A DNA stretch of 64,000 bases. It comes from the human T2T-CHM13v2.0 reference genome, Homo sapiens. Each line of letters begins with the position of its first letter. Position 1 is the stretch's first letter. The stretch lies in the NCBI RefSeq assembly GCF_009914755.1, contig NC_060937.1. One strand, 5' to 3'. The notes beneath the pieces were generated by a model. It did not search any database. It was not told the origin of the DNA and saw only the letters and a program-made list of their open reading frames with translations. Shown one piece after another: positions 60,986-64,000 of this stretch. The position numbers and the translations under genes were made by a program.

Positions 60986-62172
60986 TACTTCATCTCTGTT
61001 AGAAGTAACAGTAGTAATAATACTGGCTTTTCCAAGAACCACTCTGTCAAGCCTTCACATTTGGCTTAACAATAACATCAAAAGGAAAATTCTCAAATAT
61101 GACCAAACTCAGCATAAGAACATACTTGAGTGCACGATGAAACTTTACAGATCCTACTTTCCTAACAATACAAAAAACTTTCAAAAAATTAATAAAATAC
61201 TCTCATGGATAGCTAACATTTAAAACATAACTATATCTGAACTCCGTAACTGGCACCTTACCTAAGGCAAAAAGGGTGGGCAAGATGTGTTTTTTCAGCA
61301 TCTTCACATTGTCTTCAATGCAGGGATTCACCCACTTTGGTGAACAAATTACAAGAATGTTTCATCAAGCTCTTTCTACCATATTCTTGATAATTTCTAT
61401 ATCTATTCCACCAAATAATGTTTCAGCTCTATAAAAAGCAAGGATCCCTGGATTGCCACCCTGCGTACCCTTCAGACACCTGACTTGGATAACAGATTTC
61501 TGTGATTATGCTCAGTGAGAAAACCTGTGTTGATGCTTTTCCACTTATAAAAACATGAACGCTTCTATTTTTCCCAGCACCTATGTTACAGTATAATAAA
61601 GTATCTGTAAAGTACCTACCACTCCTGAGAAGAAAATCACTATATAAATACAAGGTATTATTAAGTTCAAGTGAAACCAAAATCAACAAATTACATTATG
61701 GACTGACTTAGTTTAATAGTAACGGAGTTCATACTCCAGATTCCATATGCAGACTCTGACTCACCCTAATAAAAAGCAAATTATCATCAAACTTACATAG
61801 TTTTATCAAATACTCGGAATATTCCATACACTTCAAATAAAAAAAAGTACTCATATTGTGAACTATCTAGAAAGAGTTCTTCATTCTTACCACAATAAGA
61901 GTGACCTGTAGCTCTTTCCGTGTCACTGAGACAACAGGAATATTATATTAAACCACAGTTAAGTGGAAAGAACAAAGCATCTCTGCCAGTCCTGTTTTCT
62001 AGACCTCGATTCCCCTGACCTATAAAATGTGGTTCTCTCTTACCATTTTCCAGCTATAAAACTGTGGAAGAACTGAAAACAACTTTTAAGTTCTGCAAAA
62101 ATAAAAACCATTCTTAGTAACCACACCATCAACAGCTCATAAAATGACAGTGTCACTCTAAAGCTATGCGTA

Positions 62173-62445
62173 GGCCAGGTGCAGTGGTTCATGCCCATAA
62201 TACCAGCACTTTGGGAAGTCAGAGCAGGAGGACTGCTTAAGGCCCGGAGTTCTAGAGAAGGCTGGGCAACATAGCAAGACTCTGTCTCTACAGAGGATGT
62301 TGTGGAGCACGCCTGTAGTCCCAGCTGTTCGGGAGGCTGAGGCAGGAGGATCATTAAGCCCAGGAGTTCGAGGCTGCAGTGAACTATGACCTGGGCGACA
62401 GAGTGAGACCCTATCTCTTAATAATAATAATAGCAAATAAAAATA
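62173..62445 (+). mobile_element. AluJ with internal deletions
   Basis: Diverged Alu with (TAA)n tail. Confidence 0.87.
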
Positions 62446-62629
62446 AATGTATGCATAATTTTTGTGAAGGATGTTAGAGAAATGCTGCAAAGAACTTTAT
62501 TCCATTAATGTAGTTTCGGTCTTTTCAACAACAAGAAAGCACCACTCTTTGATAAATGGTGGGGAAGTAGAAAAGAACTGGCTGCCAACTGGCATGAAGC
62601 ACGGTCACATCCAAAACATACGAGTGGAG

Positions 62630-63400
62630 TGACCAACATGAAAAATGGCAGAGTAGAAAGCTCCCAGGGTTAGTCCTTCCACCAAAACCATTAAGCTGAA
62701 AAATACATCAGAATCAACTATTCTGAACCTTAGAACCTAATCAGACATTAAACACCCAGGGCAGTAGTTGATGAAGGGAGAAGAGAGCACAGCATGCAAA
62801 CCAGCTACTATTCCCTACTCCTCAGCATCCCCAGAGGCGGGCACAGGACCACCTCCTAGAGCAGCTGCCTAGTAACAGGGCTGGCAGCGGGAACCTTGCC
62901 CTCAACAATTTAGGATTGTGCATTTTGCTCAGTTCTGGCAGTAGCCTGGGGAAACAGCACAGATTCTTGCTTTTGTTTCTGTCCCCTTAGGCTGCAACCT
63001 TTCTTGTTTTTTTCCCTTTATTGAGGGGGATGGGGATCCAGACATTATACTAAATCTCTATCAAGTCATAGCTGTCCAGAGATAGTAAGACAGAAACTTC
63101 AGTGACCACACACAACAAGGAATACAGACTTTGCAAAACTGGTTTAGAAAAGTCATTATACAAATGGATGACTGCAAGCCTCAAAAAAGCAATCACTGAG
63201 GAGGTGGAGAATCTGATTTTCAGAGTCACCACATTACAACATTCAAACTGTTCAGTTCTCACACACACACAAAAAAAATCACAAAACATGCCAAAAAAAA
63301 AAAAAAGGAAAATATGGTGTATTTGCAGGAAAAAAGAATTTGACAGAAACCATCCCTGAGGAATTCCAGACACTGGAATGACTAGTCAAAGGTATTATTA
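62630..63400 (+). mobile_element. Old L1M 5'-region fragment
   Basis: Motifs aatcaactattctgaacc, aatctgattttcagagtcaccacatta and acagaaaccatccctgaggaa...cagacactgga. Confidence 0.6.
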
Positions 63401-64000
63401 AATCAATCGTATCAACGGTATCACACTGGGGTCCCAAAACAAGAGCTGAGCACGCTTACTTCCCCACGACTAACGTGGTTTTTTCAGTGAGTCACTTGTT
63501 GAAATCTCAAATTTCCTGGATGAGAACCATTTCTGCAGGGATCAAATGAGGTCAAATCACAAGTCCAAAAAGATTACACAAGTATCACAAGTCCAAAAGA
63601 TTAGCTAATTCTTGAAGGCAACAACATTTAAATTCCACCACTTTGCTTCAGCAAGCCGTGACGCTTAAAAACAAGGGTGTCAGAAAAATTCTGGATGAAA
63701 AGATCAGTTCATGAAAGTAAGGAAGGAATAGTGTTGTGCAGCTATAGAAATAACAAGAGCTGAATGACACTCAAAGTTTATGTGTGGCATTTTCAAAATG
63801 CAGTAAAATTCATTTTTTAAAATAAGCACAGATTTACATATGTTAAACACAATTTGAATACAAATTCAGAATGCAGGAAGCAGTCAATATGGGAACTTGA
63901 GTGTGGGTACATTACAAAGAAGAAAGGTAAGAACTGGTAAGAGACACTTTAGCCATAGCAGGCCAGAAGGCTGCACAGGTGTGAAACCCTCCTGGTGAGA

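Overview
Primate (very probably human) genomic DNA covering most of the intron-containing USP12 deubiquitinase gene on the minus strand. It includes coding exons 2-9 (49333 down to the TGA at 2027, all GT-AG), part of the 3' UTR (1-2026) and about 14.7 kb of intron 1; exon 1 lies beyond the window end. The rest is intronic and repeat-rich: about 32 Alus or Alu fragments, old and young L1 pieces, L2/MIR, MER68 and two solo THE1 LTRs, a near-complete Tigger1, and MER2/Tigger3/Tigger4 MITEs. Most ORFs in the supplied track are Alu, L1 or microsatellite artefacts. No novel multi-gene system can be demonstrated. The most unusual object is a ~946-bp L1PA7/8-like 5'UTR-only insertion in intron 1 (58214-59159). 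It has no ORFs and no poly(A) tail, yet is flanked by a perfect 17-bp duplication. Its antisense promoter, ORF0 remnant and splice donors point towards USP12 exon 2, and one donor gives an in-frame alternative start (MNQ-GANASA...). Other items worth checking are a 64-bp near-perfect dispersed duplication, a candidate 12-nt microexon, inverted Alus bracketing exons 7-8, and two ultra-short Alu insertions with target-site duplications (TSDs). Repeat subfamily names come from recalled consensus sequences, not from a search.
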